The position numbers and the translations under genes are program-made. From the NCBI RefSeq assembly GCF_004010195.1, contig NC_057750.1, positions 11,027,388 through 11,091,387 on the forward strand: a stretch of 64,000 bases of DNA, written 5' to 3'. Positions 38,084 to 51,430 of the stretch are shown piece by piece (within the stretch, counting starts at the first letter, position 1; each line of letters opens with the position of its first letter). Under the pieces are notes generated by a model. The model was not told where the DNA came from, did not search any database, and saw only the letters and a program-made list of their open reading frames with translations. The DNA comes from Chiloscyllium plagiosum. Its lineage: Eukaryota.

Positions 38084-38329
38084 AGAAACTGTCTGATCTA
38101 AATATTCTTCCTGCTCTTACACGACCCATTTCTTTCACCCATCACCAGTGGCTCATCATTTCAACACGAATCCCCTCTCTTAAGATCTCCCTTTCTAAAG
38201 TCAGACATTTGATGAAGCCATTAATTGCGTTGCATCCCACGGCATCCAATCTTTGACTTTCTGCACTCCTCTGGAGTCTGATTTTTTTAAAAAGAAAGGC
38301 ACTATACAAATGCAGGTATAAAGGCAAAA

Positions 38330-39185
38330 TATTGCAGATGCTGGAAATCTGAAAAAAACATTTGGAGAAACTCAGCCAGTCTGGTAGCATCAGTGGAGAA
38401 AGTGAGGACTGCAGATGCTGGAGACCAGAGTTGAAAAATGTGGTGCTGGAAAAACACAGCGGGCCAGGCAGCATCTGAGGAGCAGAAGAATCAACGTTTC
38501 GGGCTTCTTCAGGAATGAGGCTGGTGTGCCAAGCGGGCTGAGATAAAGGGTAGGGGGAAGGAATTTGGGGTAGCATCTGTGGGCAGAGAGAGAATCAGTT
38601 TAGGTTAGGTTAGGTTAGGTTAGATTAGATTAGATTAGATTAGATTACTTAGTGTGGAAACAGGCCCTTCGGCCCAACAAGTCCAAACCGACCCTCCGAA
38701 GCGCAACCCACCCAGACCCATTCCCCTACATTTACCCCTTCACCTAACACTACGGGCAATTTAGCATGGCCAATTCACTAAAGCTGCACATCTTTGGACT
38801 GTGGTTAAAGTACCAAGTCCAACAATCCTTCTCCAGTGCACCTTACTTCTGAAGTAGAGTCATATTGGACTGGAGGCATTAACATTGTCTGTCTGTCTCT
38901 CTCTCTCTCACTCACACACACACACACATACACATACATACATGCTGCCAGACCTGCTGAGTTTCTCCATCCCTTCCTGTGTTTCATAGAATTCCAACAG
39001 TATGGAAGAGGCCATTCGATCCTTAGATACCACACCGACTGTCTAAAGAAGCTAGGTAAAAACAAGGACTGCAGATGCTGGAAACCAGAGTTTAGATCAG
39101 AGTGTTGCTGGAAAAGCACAGCTGGTCAGGCAGCATCCGAGGAGCAGGAAAATCAAGGTTTCGGGCAAAAGCCCTTCATCAGGAA
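38330..39185. mobile_element. Cluster of nested PLE terminal repeats (families A and C) and a partial HE1 SINE (38598-38803, minus)
   Basis: gctggaaaagcacagc...gcagcatc motifs at 38395-38570 and 39060-39185; hammerhead remnant ctgatgaagggcttttgcccgaaacc on minus at about 39157-39183. Confidence 0.7.
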
Positions 39186-39437
39186 GCTTCCCACCCTATA
39201 CCAGTAACCCCTGTTTATTTTGTACAAATAAAAGTGCTTGTTTCAACTCTTTATCGGATAGCCTTTTTACACTCAGGGGTTAACCTCTCTGCCTTTCAGT
39301 AGCGCCTTGTGACAAAAACATTCGGTTTTTAAACAACATCCCCCAGACTTCCCTTGAAATCCAAGTCCCTCAGTTTCACCTATCAGCACAGGAATCCTCC
39401 TGCCCTTTCTTCCTCTGAAATAAACCTTCCCAGGATC

Positions 39438-39525
39438 TGTGTGTGTGTGAGAGTGAGAGAGAGTGTGTGTGTGTGTGAGAGTGTGTGTGTGTGTGAGAGT
39501 GAGTGAGTGAGTGAGTGAGAGAGAA
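39438..39525. repeat. Compound (GT)n/(GA)n/(GTGA)n microsatellite
   Basis: Seen directly. Confidence 0.9.
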
Positions 39526-40519
39526 CAAAGAAATGAAGGCGAACGAAAGACAGAAAAGGGGGGGGGGAAGGTTAGGGTGTTAGAGGAGACAATCCACAAC
39601 AGAGAGGGGGTGGACCATAACTTTTGACGATGTCTGAAGAATTATTGGAAAACACATCAGGAAACTGCCTGCTCTTTATCTACACCTTGACTGCTCCCGC
39701 TCCCAAACAACAAAGGGTTTTTTTTTTTAAATATATACACTGCACAGAAGTTATTCGTATTGCAAAGGGGAAGGGTCTTTTTTCCCCTTAGCCCATGACA
39801 TAACTCCCCCTCCCCTGCAGCAACCACACCCTGGATATACAAAGGCTTCTTGCCTGGTCACATCAGTGAATCCTTGGCTCTCTCCGCCTGTCGAGTCCGC
39901 TCACACACGAGGCATGGGTTTTCTCCTCCAGTCTCCTGTCCCGCTCTCAGTGTGCCCCTCTCTGCCGCTGGGAATGACACTCAGGGTGGGCAAAGGGAGC
40001 AGAAGCAAGTGAAGTCTCTCTCACACACACACACATCCAGCTGGAGGGACTATACACAAAAGGAATGCATCTGCTATTTTTGTCTGTCCCTTAGCGCCGA
40101 AATCCCGGTCCACTCCAGCTCAGTTCCTCTCGACTCTGAAAAGCCTGCTTCCTCCAAAAGCCAGCAGCTAAGGCTTTCTTATCTTAAACTCCGCCTATTA
40201 ATGGATTTGACAACCTCTAGTGTTCAGGTAACGGTTGTACTATTCTGTTACATAGCTCGACTGCTTCCGCATCACAAGCCATGGACTTATATGGGGTTTT
40301 TTTTAAAGAAAAAGCCACTCAAGTTGTTCCCAACTATTCTTAATTGATTCATAGAGTGCTTCAGCCTCTGCAGAATCTGCATATTTACTTGTGTGTTCTC
40401 AGGAGTCCATACCTGTGTGTTGGTGTCTAAATAACTCAAGTTCATAATCCAAACTGACAGTGCCAGAATGGGGTGGAGGTGCCAGTTCATAATCCAAGAC
40501 CACCTCTGTCCTCACAATG

Positions 40520-41000
40520 TGGAGGTACCCGGGTTGGACTGGGGTGGACAAAGTCAGAATGGTTATAGTCCAACAGGTTTATTTGAAATCCCAAGCTTTC
40601 AGAGAGTAGCCTGTTTGTAAGGTGAAGGGGCAGTGCTCCAAAAGCTGGTGATTTCAAATAAACCTTTTGGACTATAACATAGTATCGTGTGACTTCTGCC
40701 CTCGGGTCAGCACTGCTGCCTCACAGCGCCAGGGACACAGGTTCGATTCCACCCTCGGGCGACTGTGTGGAATTTGCACATTGTCCCCACATCTGCACGG
40801 GCTTGCTCCAGTTTCTTCCCACAGTCGCAAAGATGTGCAGGGTAGCTAGATTGGCTATGTTAAATTACCCCATAATGCCCAGGGATGTGCAGGCTTGGCA
40901 GGTTAATCGTGGGAAATGCAGGGTTATAGGGATGGGTTGGGTCGAGGTGGAATGGTCTCTGGAGGTTTGAATGGCATATTTCCATACTGAAGGGATTCTA
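40520..41000. mobile_element. Palindromic PLE family B repeat (40520-40700) followed by an HE1 SINE (40705-41000, +)
   Basis: ggttatagtccaacaggtttatttgaaatc / gatttcaaataaacc...ggactataac; then HE1 core. Confidence 0.7.
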
Positions 41001-41629
41001 TGTGAGAGACTGGGGCAAGGATAGGCAAATAAGGCTGGCCCATCATTCAAACATAGATCCTCTGTGGCCCTAACTCCTGTCTCAAACCTGGCCTCTCGAG
41101 AGAAGGTTAAAAATCTTTACAGCACTATTTCAATGTTAATCCTTCTAGCAGCATCAGCAAAAAGAGATTATCTGAATGTGATCACATTGTGGGAGCTTGC
41201 TGTGCCAAAATTGGCAACTTTGACTCAGGGATTGCTGTAGGTAAAAAAGTGCACTGGACAAGCATGAAATATTGATGTTCTTCTGAGTTTATGCAAACTG
41301 AATCATCAGTGCAAACACATTTAACTATTAAGTGTCTGAACCATCAGAGAAACACAGGGTATAGGAGCAAAAGTAAACTATTCAGCCCTTTAATGCTGTT
41401 CTGCCAATCAGTGGCATCTTGGCTGACCTGATTTGATTTATTGCAATCACACGCGACTAGGTACAGTGAAGAGCTTTGTTTGTGAGCAATGCAGGTACTT
41501 ATGGTTTATATTTTGAAATTTTAATCAAGAGACAGATTTCAATAAACCATATAATCAAGAAATAACCCAGTCTATTCAGTACTGCAGACTTATAGCAACC
41601 TTACATGTTAAAAACTATGCATTTATCTG

Positions 41630-42628
41630 TTCCTGGTGCTAGGTTCACTTCTTTTTGTCATTTATATAAATGATTTGGATGTGAGCAGAAGAGATATAGT
41701 TAGTAAGTTTCCAGATGACACCAAAATTAGGGGTACAGTGGACAGCAAAGAAGGTTACCTCAGATAACAACAAGATCTTGATCAGATGGACCAATGGGCT
41801 AAGGAATGGCGGATGGAGTTTAATTTAGATAAATGTGAGGTGCTGCATTTCAGTAAAGCAAATCATAGCAGGTCTTATACACTTAATGGTAAGGTCCTAG
41901 GAAGTGTTGCTTAACAAAGAGACCTTGCAGTGCAGGTTCATAGTTCCTTGAAAGCGGAGACACAGATAGACAGAATAGCGAAGAAGGCATTTGTATGCTT
42001 TCCTTTATTGGTCAGAGCACTGAGTATCTATGTTGGAAGGTCATGTTGCAGCTGTGCAGCATGTTGGTTAGGCCGCTTTTGGAATATTGCATGCAGTTCT
42101 GGTCTCCTTCCTATCAGAAGGATGTTGAGAAACTTGAAAGGGTTCAGAAAAGACCTACAAGGATATTGCCAGAGTTGGAAGATTTGAGCTAAAGGGAGAG
42201 GCTAAATAGACTGGGGCTGTTTTCCCTGGAGCATTGGAGGCTGAGGGATGACCTTATAGAGGTTTATAAAATCATGAGGGGCATGGATAGGATAAACAGA
42301 CAAAGTCTTTTCCCTGGGCTGGCGGAGTCCAGAACTAGAGGGCATGGGTTTAGGGTGAGAGGGGAAAGATATAAAAGAGAACTAAGGGGCAACTTTTTCA
42401 TGCAGAGGGTGGTATGTGTATGGAATGAGCTGCCAGACGAAGTGGTGGAGGCTGGTACAAATACAGTATTTGAAAGTCATCTGGATGGGTATATGAATAG
42501 GAAGGGTTTAAAGGGATGTAGGCCAACTGCTGGCAAATGGGACTAGGTTATGAGAGAATATCTGGTTGTCTTGGACGAGTTGGACTGAAGGGTCTGTTTT
42601 CGTGCTGTACATCTCTATGACTCTATGA
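41630..42628 (+). mobile_element. CR1 LINE 3' part
   Basis: LVRPLLEYCMQFWSPSYQKDVEKLERVQK; gactctatgac tail. Confidence 0.88.
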
Positions 42629-43088
42629 CAGGTAAGAAGTACTTAAACAAGCACTTAAAATACCATAGCATATCAGGCTATTGGCTGAGTGCTGGAAAAT
42701 GGGATTGGAATAAATGCTTGATGACTGGAGGGGCACAAATGGGAGAAGGGTCTCATATGGTGCTGTAAGATACTCCATGACCCAGCCTTCATCACTTCCT
42801 GGGGAAGAGAATTCTATGAATTAATGGCCTTCTTGGCTTTGTTAAATGCAAAATTAACCTATCTAATAAATGTGGAGGGGTCAGGTAGGGCAGATGGCTG
42901 GAAGGTAGTGCAGGATAATGCCAATGATGTGGGTTCAATCCCTGTACCATCGAAGCCTCACCTCCTCATATTACAATATGCAACTGGTGCCTTTCAAGCT
43001 ACGGATGACCAATCGTCACTTTGTAATGGAGAGAGTTACCTCTGATCTTTTATATCTCTGATCTTTTAATTACTGTTCTTGTAGCAAA

Positions 43089-44010
43089 CTTTTTTTTAAA
43101 TTTCAAAACTATACTTTATGTATAAAAAAATTATTTGTATATATACATTGACACAAAAGCAGTTCAATTCTGTGCAGTAACATATCAAGCAAGCCAACAT
43201 TTGAGTTTGACTCCATTCCAACAAATCAACAACATCTTTCACACATACAAGATTATATTTACATGCACTGAAGCTCTGGGAGGGCCCGATAACTAAAAGG
43301 ACCCCATTTACCTTCAGCAGGAGACCTCAGACAGTGATCTTTCCAAACCACCTCTTGGCAGCAGCTACCCCAAACTTTAGTGCATCCCTCAGCACGTAGT
43401 CCTAAACCTTGGAATGTGCCAGTCTGCAACACTCAGTTGGGGTCTACTTCTTGTTATGGAAGACCAACAAGTTTTCGGCAAACCAAAGAGCGTCTCTCAA
43501 CGAGTTGATGGTCCTCCAGGTGCAGTCAATGTTTGTCTCAGTGTGCATTCCAGGGGACACATCAGAGAGCACACAGTCCCACATCATAGAGCTGCTTGGG
43601 ACAAACCTTGACAAAAACCACAGCATCTCTTTCCAGACTTACTTTGCAAAGATGCATTCCAGCAGGAGATGTATGACATTCTCAACTCCTCCTTGTAGCT
43701 GCTTCAATGGCAGTGTGTGGTGGTGCAGACCAGCTGGGCATACATGAAGGATTTCACAGGCAGTGCCCTTCTCACTACCAGCTAAGTGATATCTTTACTT
43801 GTTGGGAAGCTCTTGTGATGAGGCATTCCACCAAATGATTTTGACAGTCTGTTCAGGGAACCATGCAACAGGATCCATCTGCTCCTTTTCCCACAGGATC
43901 TCAAGGATACTCCATGTTGACCACTCCTTGATGGACCTATGGTCAAAGGTGTTTTTCTTTGCAAATTTCTCCATGAAGGACAGGTGATACAGAACAGTTC
44001 TTGCTGCAAG
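43089..44010 (-). mobile_element. L1/Tx1-clade LINE 3' fragment
   Basis: Minus strand TFDHRSIKEWS...DPVAWFPEQTVKIIWWNASSQEL, a C-terminal zinc-finger remnant ENVIHLLLECIFAK*VW, and an A-rich tail near 43090. Confidence 0.75.
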
Positions 44011-45339
44011 TTGCACAGGATATTTGGCTACTATAATGCAAATAGATTACTAACTTGGCCAAACCGCATGGGATGTTGGGTACATTGTGCAGCACAATCT
44101 CTTATGGAAAATTGCGATGGAGGTTTTCTTTATAAACATATAATAGGCTTGAAAATAGTACACAATGGCTTTCACAAGACAACAAACATAAGCAACTCTT
44201 ACAATTAGGTATGAAGTTCATTTGCATAAGCTTCTTTCCATTCAAAAGGGGGGAACGTATAGCAGGGCTGCTGAAACACAAGTAGATTGCTAACTTGGCC
44301 AAGCAGCAAGCAATGCTGGGTACATTGTCGATAAAGGGTGGTGCTGGAAAAAGCACAGCAGGTCAGGCAGCATCTGAGGAGCAAGAGAATTGACTTTTCA
44401 AGCTTAATCTTTTGGACATTGGTAAATTAACGCTGAAGTCACAAAACCCACACATCAGACACAGTGCAAATCCAGCAGGTGCTAATGACATTAGCAAAAT
44501 GTAAAAGACAACAGTTATCCTGGACAGACATATCCCCAACAACCCATCCACCAAACAAGGTAGAGCCCGGACAGAAAACCATTGGGTCCTGCTACACAAA
44601 GAAACAAACAGTGGTATGCCATCTGAACGATTGACTCTGTTTCAAACTTTTAGATGTGTTCCCCAGTTGGCCAAAACTATAGAAAGTTCTAGAAGACCAC
44701 CCAAAAAGATATAAAAACAGGGTTCTTCTGCAGATCAATCTCTTGGATCCTCTTGGACTTTCTGAAGGGGCCAGCATGGCCAAAGGTAGAGACCCACTGG
44801 CCATCTAGAGAGATAGGAAGAGAGAAAGGAGCTTCACAGTCCCACAGCGAGAGAGAGAGAGAGAGAGAGAGCGGCTCCACAAATCTACAAGAGAATTGGG
44901 AAGTATTGTAAGTGTAAGTGGCTGGATAGAATTATAGAGATCATAGAATCATAGACTCCCTACAGAGTGGAAACAGGCCCTTTGGCCCAACAAGTCCACA
45001 CCGACCCTCCGAAGAGTAACCCTCTCGGACCCATTCCCCAACCCTATTACTCTACATTTACCTCTGACTAATGTATCACACCTACACATCCCTGAACACT
45101 ATGAAACAATTTAGATGGGCCAATCCACCCTAACCTGCACATCTTTGGACTGTGGGAGGAAACATAGTGTTGTTTTTGTAGTAAAAGCTATTGTAACTTG
45201 CTTCAGTAATAACGATGGGACAGTTTTACATTAATACCGGCTCGTGCTCAGAGTGACTCTATTGGCATTGTGGGACACCCTGGGCAAATTCAATCGAAAT
45301 ATTCCGGTTGGTGTTGTTGAACTTGCACGAGACAATATT

Positions 45340-45355
45340 TGACGTCTCTGGGAGG
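45340..45355 (+). promoter_or_regulatory. Primer-binding site complementary to the 3' end of tRNA-Asn(GUU)
   Basis: tgacgtctctgggagg versus the expected tggcgtccctgggtgg (13/16), five nt after the LTR-terminal CA. Confidence 0.65.
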
Positions 45356-46039
45356 TTTTTGATAAGAAGTGATCGTCATGTCCTCCGAAGTCAAACCCAC
45401 TTGCCTGGGTATCCTCAGGATTCAGCCTGAGCCATAATTAAGAGGGCACCTACCCCACATGACAGCCAGGGTTCAAGTGAGTAACTGAGGATGCAGACAG
45501 CTGCCCAGAAATCAGCCAATCAGCCAGGTCTTCTGCAGCCAGAGCGAGCAAAGTACCAACTGGAAAAGGGTAGTGGGATACAGAGGGACTCTAAGGAAGT
45601 CGGCTTAGATGGGGACAGGCATTTACCTCTTGTGTAAAAACCCTAGAGATATTTGGACTCATGGCAAGAACTAAGGGAGTTTTTATTTTAACCCTCTGTC
45701 GTCCCTGTCCCAGAAGTGTTTGACGGGGGTCTGTCTGAGGGGAGCCTTAATTTATTTATTTTCTATTCCAATAAGTAGAATAAATTTTTCCTTGAATTTT
45801 AAACTCTTGTTAACCCTGTCCTGGGAGTGTTCAATGGGGATGGAGCTGAGGAGATTTAGTTTTTAGTTTACTTTAAGATTGAATGAGCTGAGGAAAGTTT
45901 ATTCTGGACTTCCATTCCTTGTCCCTACCCCAAGAGTGTTTGGCAGGGACAGAGTCACCGGAAAATCATTCTTTATTTTCAGAGCTAAAGGAACTTTATT
46001 TTGAGTTCTAGAGATTTGAGGGAACTTTTAGTCCCAAAG

Positions 46040-46760
46040 AGTCATGGAGTCATAGCAGAGAAACAGAGCCTTCGGTCTAACTAGTCCATGCTAGATGTAA
46101 TCCCAAACCAGTCCCACTTGCCTGCTCCAGGCCCATATCCCTCCAAACCTTTCCTATTCATGTACTTATCCAAATGTCTTTTAAACATTGTAACTCTATC
46201 CACATCCACCACTTCCTCAGCAAGTACACTCCACACTCCACACATGAACCACCCTCTGTTTAAAAAACATTACCCCTCATGTCTTTTTTAAATCTCTCTC
46301 CTCTCACCTTAAAAATGTGCCACCTGGTCTTGAAATCCCCCACCTTAGAGAAAAGACAACTACCATTAACTCTATCTACACTGCTCATTATTTTATAAAC
46401 TTCTATCAGGTCACCTCTCAACCTCCTACACTCCAGTGAAAAAAGTCCCAGCTATCCTTTATTTATAACTCAAACCTTTCATAAAAGGCAACATTTTGGT
46501 AAACTTCTTTTGAACCCTCCCAGCTTAATAATATCCTTCCTATAACAGGGCGACCAGAACCGGACACAGTATTCCAAAAGAGGCCTCACCAATATCCTGA
46601 ACAACCTCACCATGACGCCCCAACTCTTATACTCAAAGGACTGAGAAATGAAGGCAAGCATGCCAAATGCTTTTTTAACTGCCTTTCTATAAGTGATGCA
46701 AACTTCAAAGAATAATGTACCTGAACCCCTTGGTCCCTCTGTTCTACAACATTACCCAAG
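46040..46760 (-). mobile_element. CR1 LINE 3' part nested in the ERV leader
   Basis: LVRPLLEYCVRFWSPCYRKDIIKL. Confidence 0.85.
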
Positions 46761-47169
46761 GAAGCTTTACTTCTCTGTTTAAAAGGAGTCGAGACATTGG
46801 TAGCTGTTGACACCCCTACATACTCTATTACCCCGATCAAAATGACAGCTAGGTGTTTTAAAGAACAAGGAACCAGAGATTGGGTCAGGGAATCAGGGAT
46901 AGATGTAACATACATGTGTGGGAAAACCTACAGTCAGGGCATGAGAAGGGGTTAAAGACCTATCTCGGGGTAATGTTAGGAGGGGTCACCATGCTCTAGT
47001 TATACATGTCTAAGACTTGGAGAGGCTCCAACAGGAGTTTTGTTGAAGCCTTACCCCAACTACAGCCACTTCCCATACCTAATAACATGTTGGAGAAATA
47101 CAGTAAAGGACCCAGCAATAACATGTTTGCGAGCGAAAAGGATGGGTATCTCCTCACCTGACGTAGGAG

Positions 47170-49300
47170 GACACTTTCAGGCAATACCTTTTCAAACCGT
47201 GGCCCAAATGGATAGAATTCTGTAGTAGTCTAGCCTGGCCCTGTGCTACAGATCCAATGGCTCAAAACATATTGCAAGATACACATAACAAATTGGGAAA
47301 GAAGGCCATTAAAATAACCACAGCAATAGCAATAGTATGCAGCCTAGAAGTTTCCCGTAGTCCACCAGCTGAGATTAGATTGCAGCGGGATCAATTAGAA
47401 ATCACTCCTGATGAACTGGAAAAGGTAAAACTTGTAGTTAAAGAGCAGCACACCAGAATACAGGAAAACCTGATCCATAGTTCCAGTCACAATGGGAAAG
47501 GGCCTAATAGTGAGAGAAGGGCCATTAGGAACCAAGAGGCTGCCTTAGCATACATTGACCAGCTGGAACAACAGTGTAGGGATCTCCAGGAAGCTATACA
47601 GGTTCTCTAAGCCAGCAATGCAAAGCAATACACATCAGGGCCTAGTGGGAATCATTCAAAGTGCCAGATGCAATCTTTAGTGAACCAAGTCTCCACCCAG
47701 AATGGGATAATGTGTGCCTTCAGGGTGCTCCCTCCCAATGGAGATAACGTGAGGCCCCACACTGATATATCCACACCTGCCCACAGATGAAGTCCCCTGT
47801 CATCCTTCTCCCAGGTGATAGCACCTTTAGCCCACACACCCCCGACCCACAGCTGAAACCAGAGCCTGTGAATCCCTGTGGTCACCCAGTGTCAAACAGT
47901 TGATGGTCACATTACACACACAACACACATTCCAACCATCCAGCCAACGGACATCGCCAACAAGGCCACTCTCTTTGATTCCACCTCGGACCCACGTACA
48001 TGTTCTGACAAGGTCTATCGTCTATCCATCCTATGTGACCTAGACTCCAGTGAGCAAACCAAATGTGAACCATGTGCCTTAGTCATTCAGCCCTCCTCGC
48101 CTTGACGAGATGAAGATGGTAGGATAGGCAGACCCTACCGAGGTGTTACATAACTGCTGACAACAACAAGGGAAACAGCTTGGCCCAGAGATTCTGGGTC
48201 CCATTTGTTCAGGTTTTCAGGGACATGACGCGCAACTCTCTCACTAATAAACAACAGAAGAACTGGGTCCAAATCCTTGACTACCGTGCCTCAGAATGCA
48301 TAGTGGGATTCAACACCTCTGAATCCCCCCCCCCTTTAATGAGGCTTGGGTCTTCCGCAAATTAATCGTTGTGTGGGAAAGGCAGTTAAAGGCACAGGAG
48401 TCGTCCGGACGGTCCGGACTTCTTATAGCCTCCCTCCAACTTGGAGCAATGAAGGAAGGGGCAGGAACACAGCAAGGATTTCCAAACAGACTGTCCCCCT
48501 CCATGTAAGGAGAGATGATAGCCTAATGGTTTTATCACTGGACGATTAAGCCAGAGACCCAGAGAATGTTCTGGGCACCCGAGCTCGAATCCTGCCATGG
48601 CAGATGGTAGAATTTGAAATTAGTAAAAGAGAAATCTAAAATTAAGAGTCTAATGATGACCATGAATCCATTGTTGATGGTTGGAAAAACCCAACTGATT
48701 CACTAATGTCCTTTAGGGAAGGAAACTGCCATCCTTACCTAGTCTGGCCTACATGTGACTCCAGACCCACAGCAATGTGGTTGACTCTCGGACAATAAGG
48801 ATGGCAATAAATGCTGGATCGAGAGTGTGGTGCTGGAAAAGCACAGAAGGTGCTCCAGCATCAGGAATATGAAGGGCTTATGCCCGAAACATCAACTCTC
48901 CTGCTCCTCGGATGCTGCCTGACCTGCTGTGCTTTTCCAGCACCGCGCTCCCGACACTGATCTCCAGTATCTGCAGTCTTCGCTTTCTCCTGGCAATAAA
49001 TGCTGCCTAGCCAGTATTGCCCTCATCTCATGAATGAATAAAGAAAACAAAACTCCCCTGCCCCTAGAAGAAAGAAACTTCCACAAATAAACTCCAAGCT
49101 GAATACATCCCATAACTGTGGGGAACCAGCCATTTTGTTCAAGAGTGACGGGCATCAAAGATTCCAACCTGGCAGTGAGAGGTCTGGAAAAAGGGGTCAA
49201 CACCCAGAGTACTGTCCTGGCAGCAACAGCTGGAGTGAAACTGGGACTGTGGTTTACACATTGAGGATGACAGGGGCAACTCTGTAATGGAAATAGCTTT
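47170..49300 (+). pseudogene. gag: Gag-like pseudogene of the ERV-like element
   Basis: FRQYLFKPWPKWIEFC...MAQNILQDTH...coiled coil LAYIDQLEQQCRDLQEAIQVL; capsid-like TLFDSTSDP...DLDSSEQTK; ruined knuckle S-H-N-C-G-E-P-[fs]-H-F-V-Q-E-* at 49108-49148. Interrupted by a SINE at 48510-49040. Confidence 0.6.
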
Positions 49301-49599
49301 GAAAGTCCCCAGCCACTTGTGTGCACAAGCTGATACGTGGGATCCAATCAGGAACAACTCCAGTCGCCTGCTAAACATCCATTTACAGAGCAAGTGATAA
49401 CTCACCCCCTCCACACCACATCCTGTCTGGGGGGGCACATTTATTCCATTGCCCCTTTTGTTAAGGGGGCGGGGCCAGGATTGGGTGACAATTGGACAAC
49501 TTGACAATTCTAAAATATTCTGGATTAGTGGTGCTGGAAGAGCACAGCAGTTCAGGCAGCATCCGAGGATGTCAGACATTAGAGAAAGATAATTTCAGA

Positions 49600-51430
49600 A
49601 ATTACTGCTGTTCTGTTTTTAGGAAGAGCACTGGAGTGGCTAATCGAAGACAGCAACCCAACCCTTACAGAGGGTTGTGTGTTATTTATTGTGTGTTATT
49701 ATAATGATTATCCAAAAATGTAGCGCAGGCACAAGGGAGCACTATGTACTCAGGATCCCTGTGATATGACCCATCAGATGCCGTGGCGTGTGTAAATGGG
49801 ATTGTCTGGGACCACTCTGTGAAGTCGGTGATATTTGGATGTAACTATTAGCTCATGGTGTACAGGAAACCCAATGGGAGTTCCACATTGTCTTACAGGA
49901 GTGTGGGGGTCACAGACGATTGATTGGTTTCTCTGAGAACGGGTGCATGGTAGCTGGCTGCCCAACGCACAGCCTGGACAAGGGGTAAGAGTTTGGATGG
50001 AGATGCCCCACTAGGGAGACTTCCTAGAGTATGAAATTAAAAATAGGCTAAGACCAGGAGTGAAGGTTCCTCTCCCAGCTTGTCCCACACACTTACACAC
50101 CAATGGACTAGTAATTGTGGTAAAATCCTGTTTGATAACAACCAGTCATAATAGGTGTATCAAGGATACAGTGACTGGAGTGGTGCCCTTCCCCATTAAA
50201 ATTATTCTATTCCTATCTGACTCACAGAATAATGGAACAAGGGACATGGAACGATGAGGGAAAACCCAGCCCGGCAGCTGAAAGAGAATGGAGCTCTTTA
50301 ATGATCGATCGATAGCATATGGGCAGGAGTGTCAAGAGTCAATACAATTCCCATATCCGCGGAATCGTTTTCAGTGGCTTCAGCCACCTACGGTTTACCA
50401 TGGGCTGAACATATAAAAGGGAACGCTCCAGAACCAGGGACCAGGGGCTGCCGGGAAGATACGTTTCCCATTGAAATGCATGGGTTCACTCCTATCTGCG
50501 GTTTGGGTTTCCATGGTAGGTCGTGGATCATATCCCCTGCGGATACAGGGATGGGGGTACTCCTGATTTGGCTAATTTGGACAATAAACTCAGGATCTTG
50601 ATCTAATAAGTCAAACGAGCTTTCGAAGGACTGAATATAAACAATAGGAGACCACAGGACAACTGATGGAGAATCAGGTTAACCACAATTTAGTGACCAT
50701 ACTGGAGGGCTATGCCAAGATGATTAACCAGACAATCCATGACAAAATCAGGCCAGACGGTGAGCAGCAAAACTGCACCCTGTGCAGAACCCACAGTAAT
50801 GGGATGATTGAACAGCTAAGGGAGGACGTCAGGCAGGCCGGCCAAGGGAAAGCCAGATTAGTCACAAACAGCTCGAACCTTTGTTCCTGGAGATGATCCA
50901 CATGAACATTCCTTGCTGTCAGTTGGCGCAGCTCACCAAGGTGTGGCATAATGACAGCAAGGACACTCTCGTGAGGGAGTCCAATTATTCCGAGTGACAA
51001 AGTTGGTTTGAGGATCTTTGATGTTGAAGACATTGAAGTTATGAAAGAAGGATCTTTGGATGGGTTACCATGAAACTCTCCCATGTGCTGTGGAGAGACA
51101 GAGGACACTGTTAGACACCACTCTAAACAAATGTGAACAAACAGGCCATACCATCATACGTCCATAACCTGTCATCCATGAATTGGGCTCCTCACATATC
51201 TAGTTGCAATTCTAATTGCACTCATCTTCATATAACTCAGGATATTCAACAGATGGGCACGCTGACTACGAACAATGCTGTACGTGCACATGGGCCTGCA
51301 AGATGGTTGGAACACCCATTGTTATCACCACTCTCACATTTATTTGTTCTGATTACTGAATAATGACTGTGTACCACAATCCTGTATGGATTATTGCGAT
51401 GGGAGTTTTCCTTTCTCGTACATATAATGA
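49600..51430 (+). pseudogene. env: Env-like pseudogene of the ERV-like element
   Basis: Hydrophobic signal-like LCVIYCVLL, heptad-like DLANLDNKLRIL and TILEGYAKMINQTI...GMIEQLREDVRQ, and a C-terminal hydrophobic stretch (LEHPLLSPLSHLFVLIT) just before the PPT; identity inferred from position and hydrophobic pattern. Confidence 0.5.

Noticed and set aside
38598..38650. (TTAGG)n telomere-like tract
   Set aside because: Grades into (TTAGA)n, the tail of the adjacent HE1 SINE; the vertebrate telomere repeat is TTAGGG.
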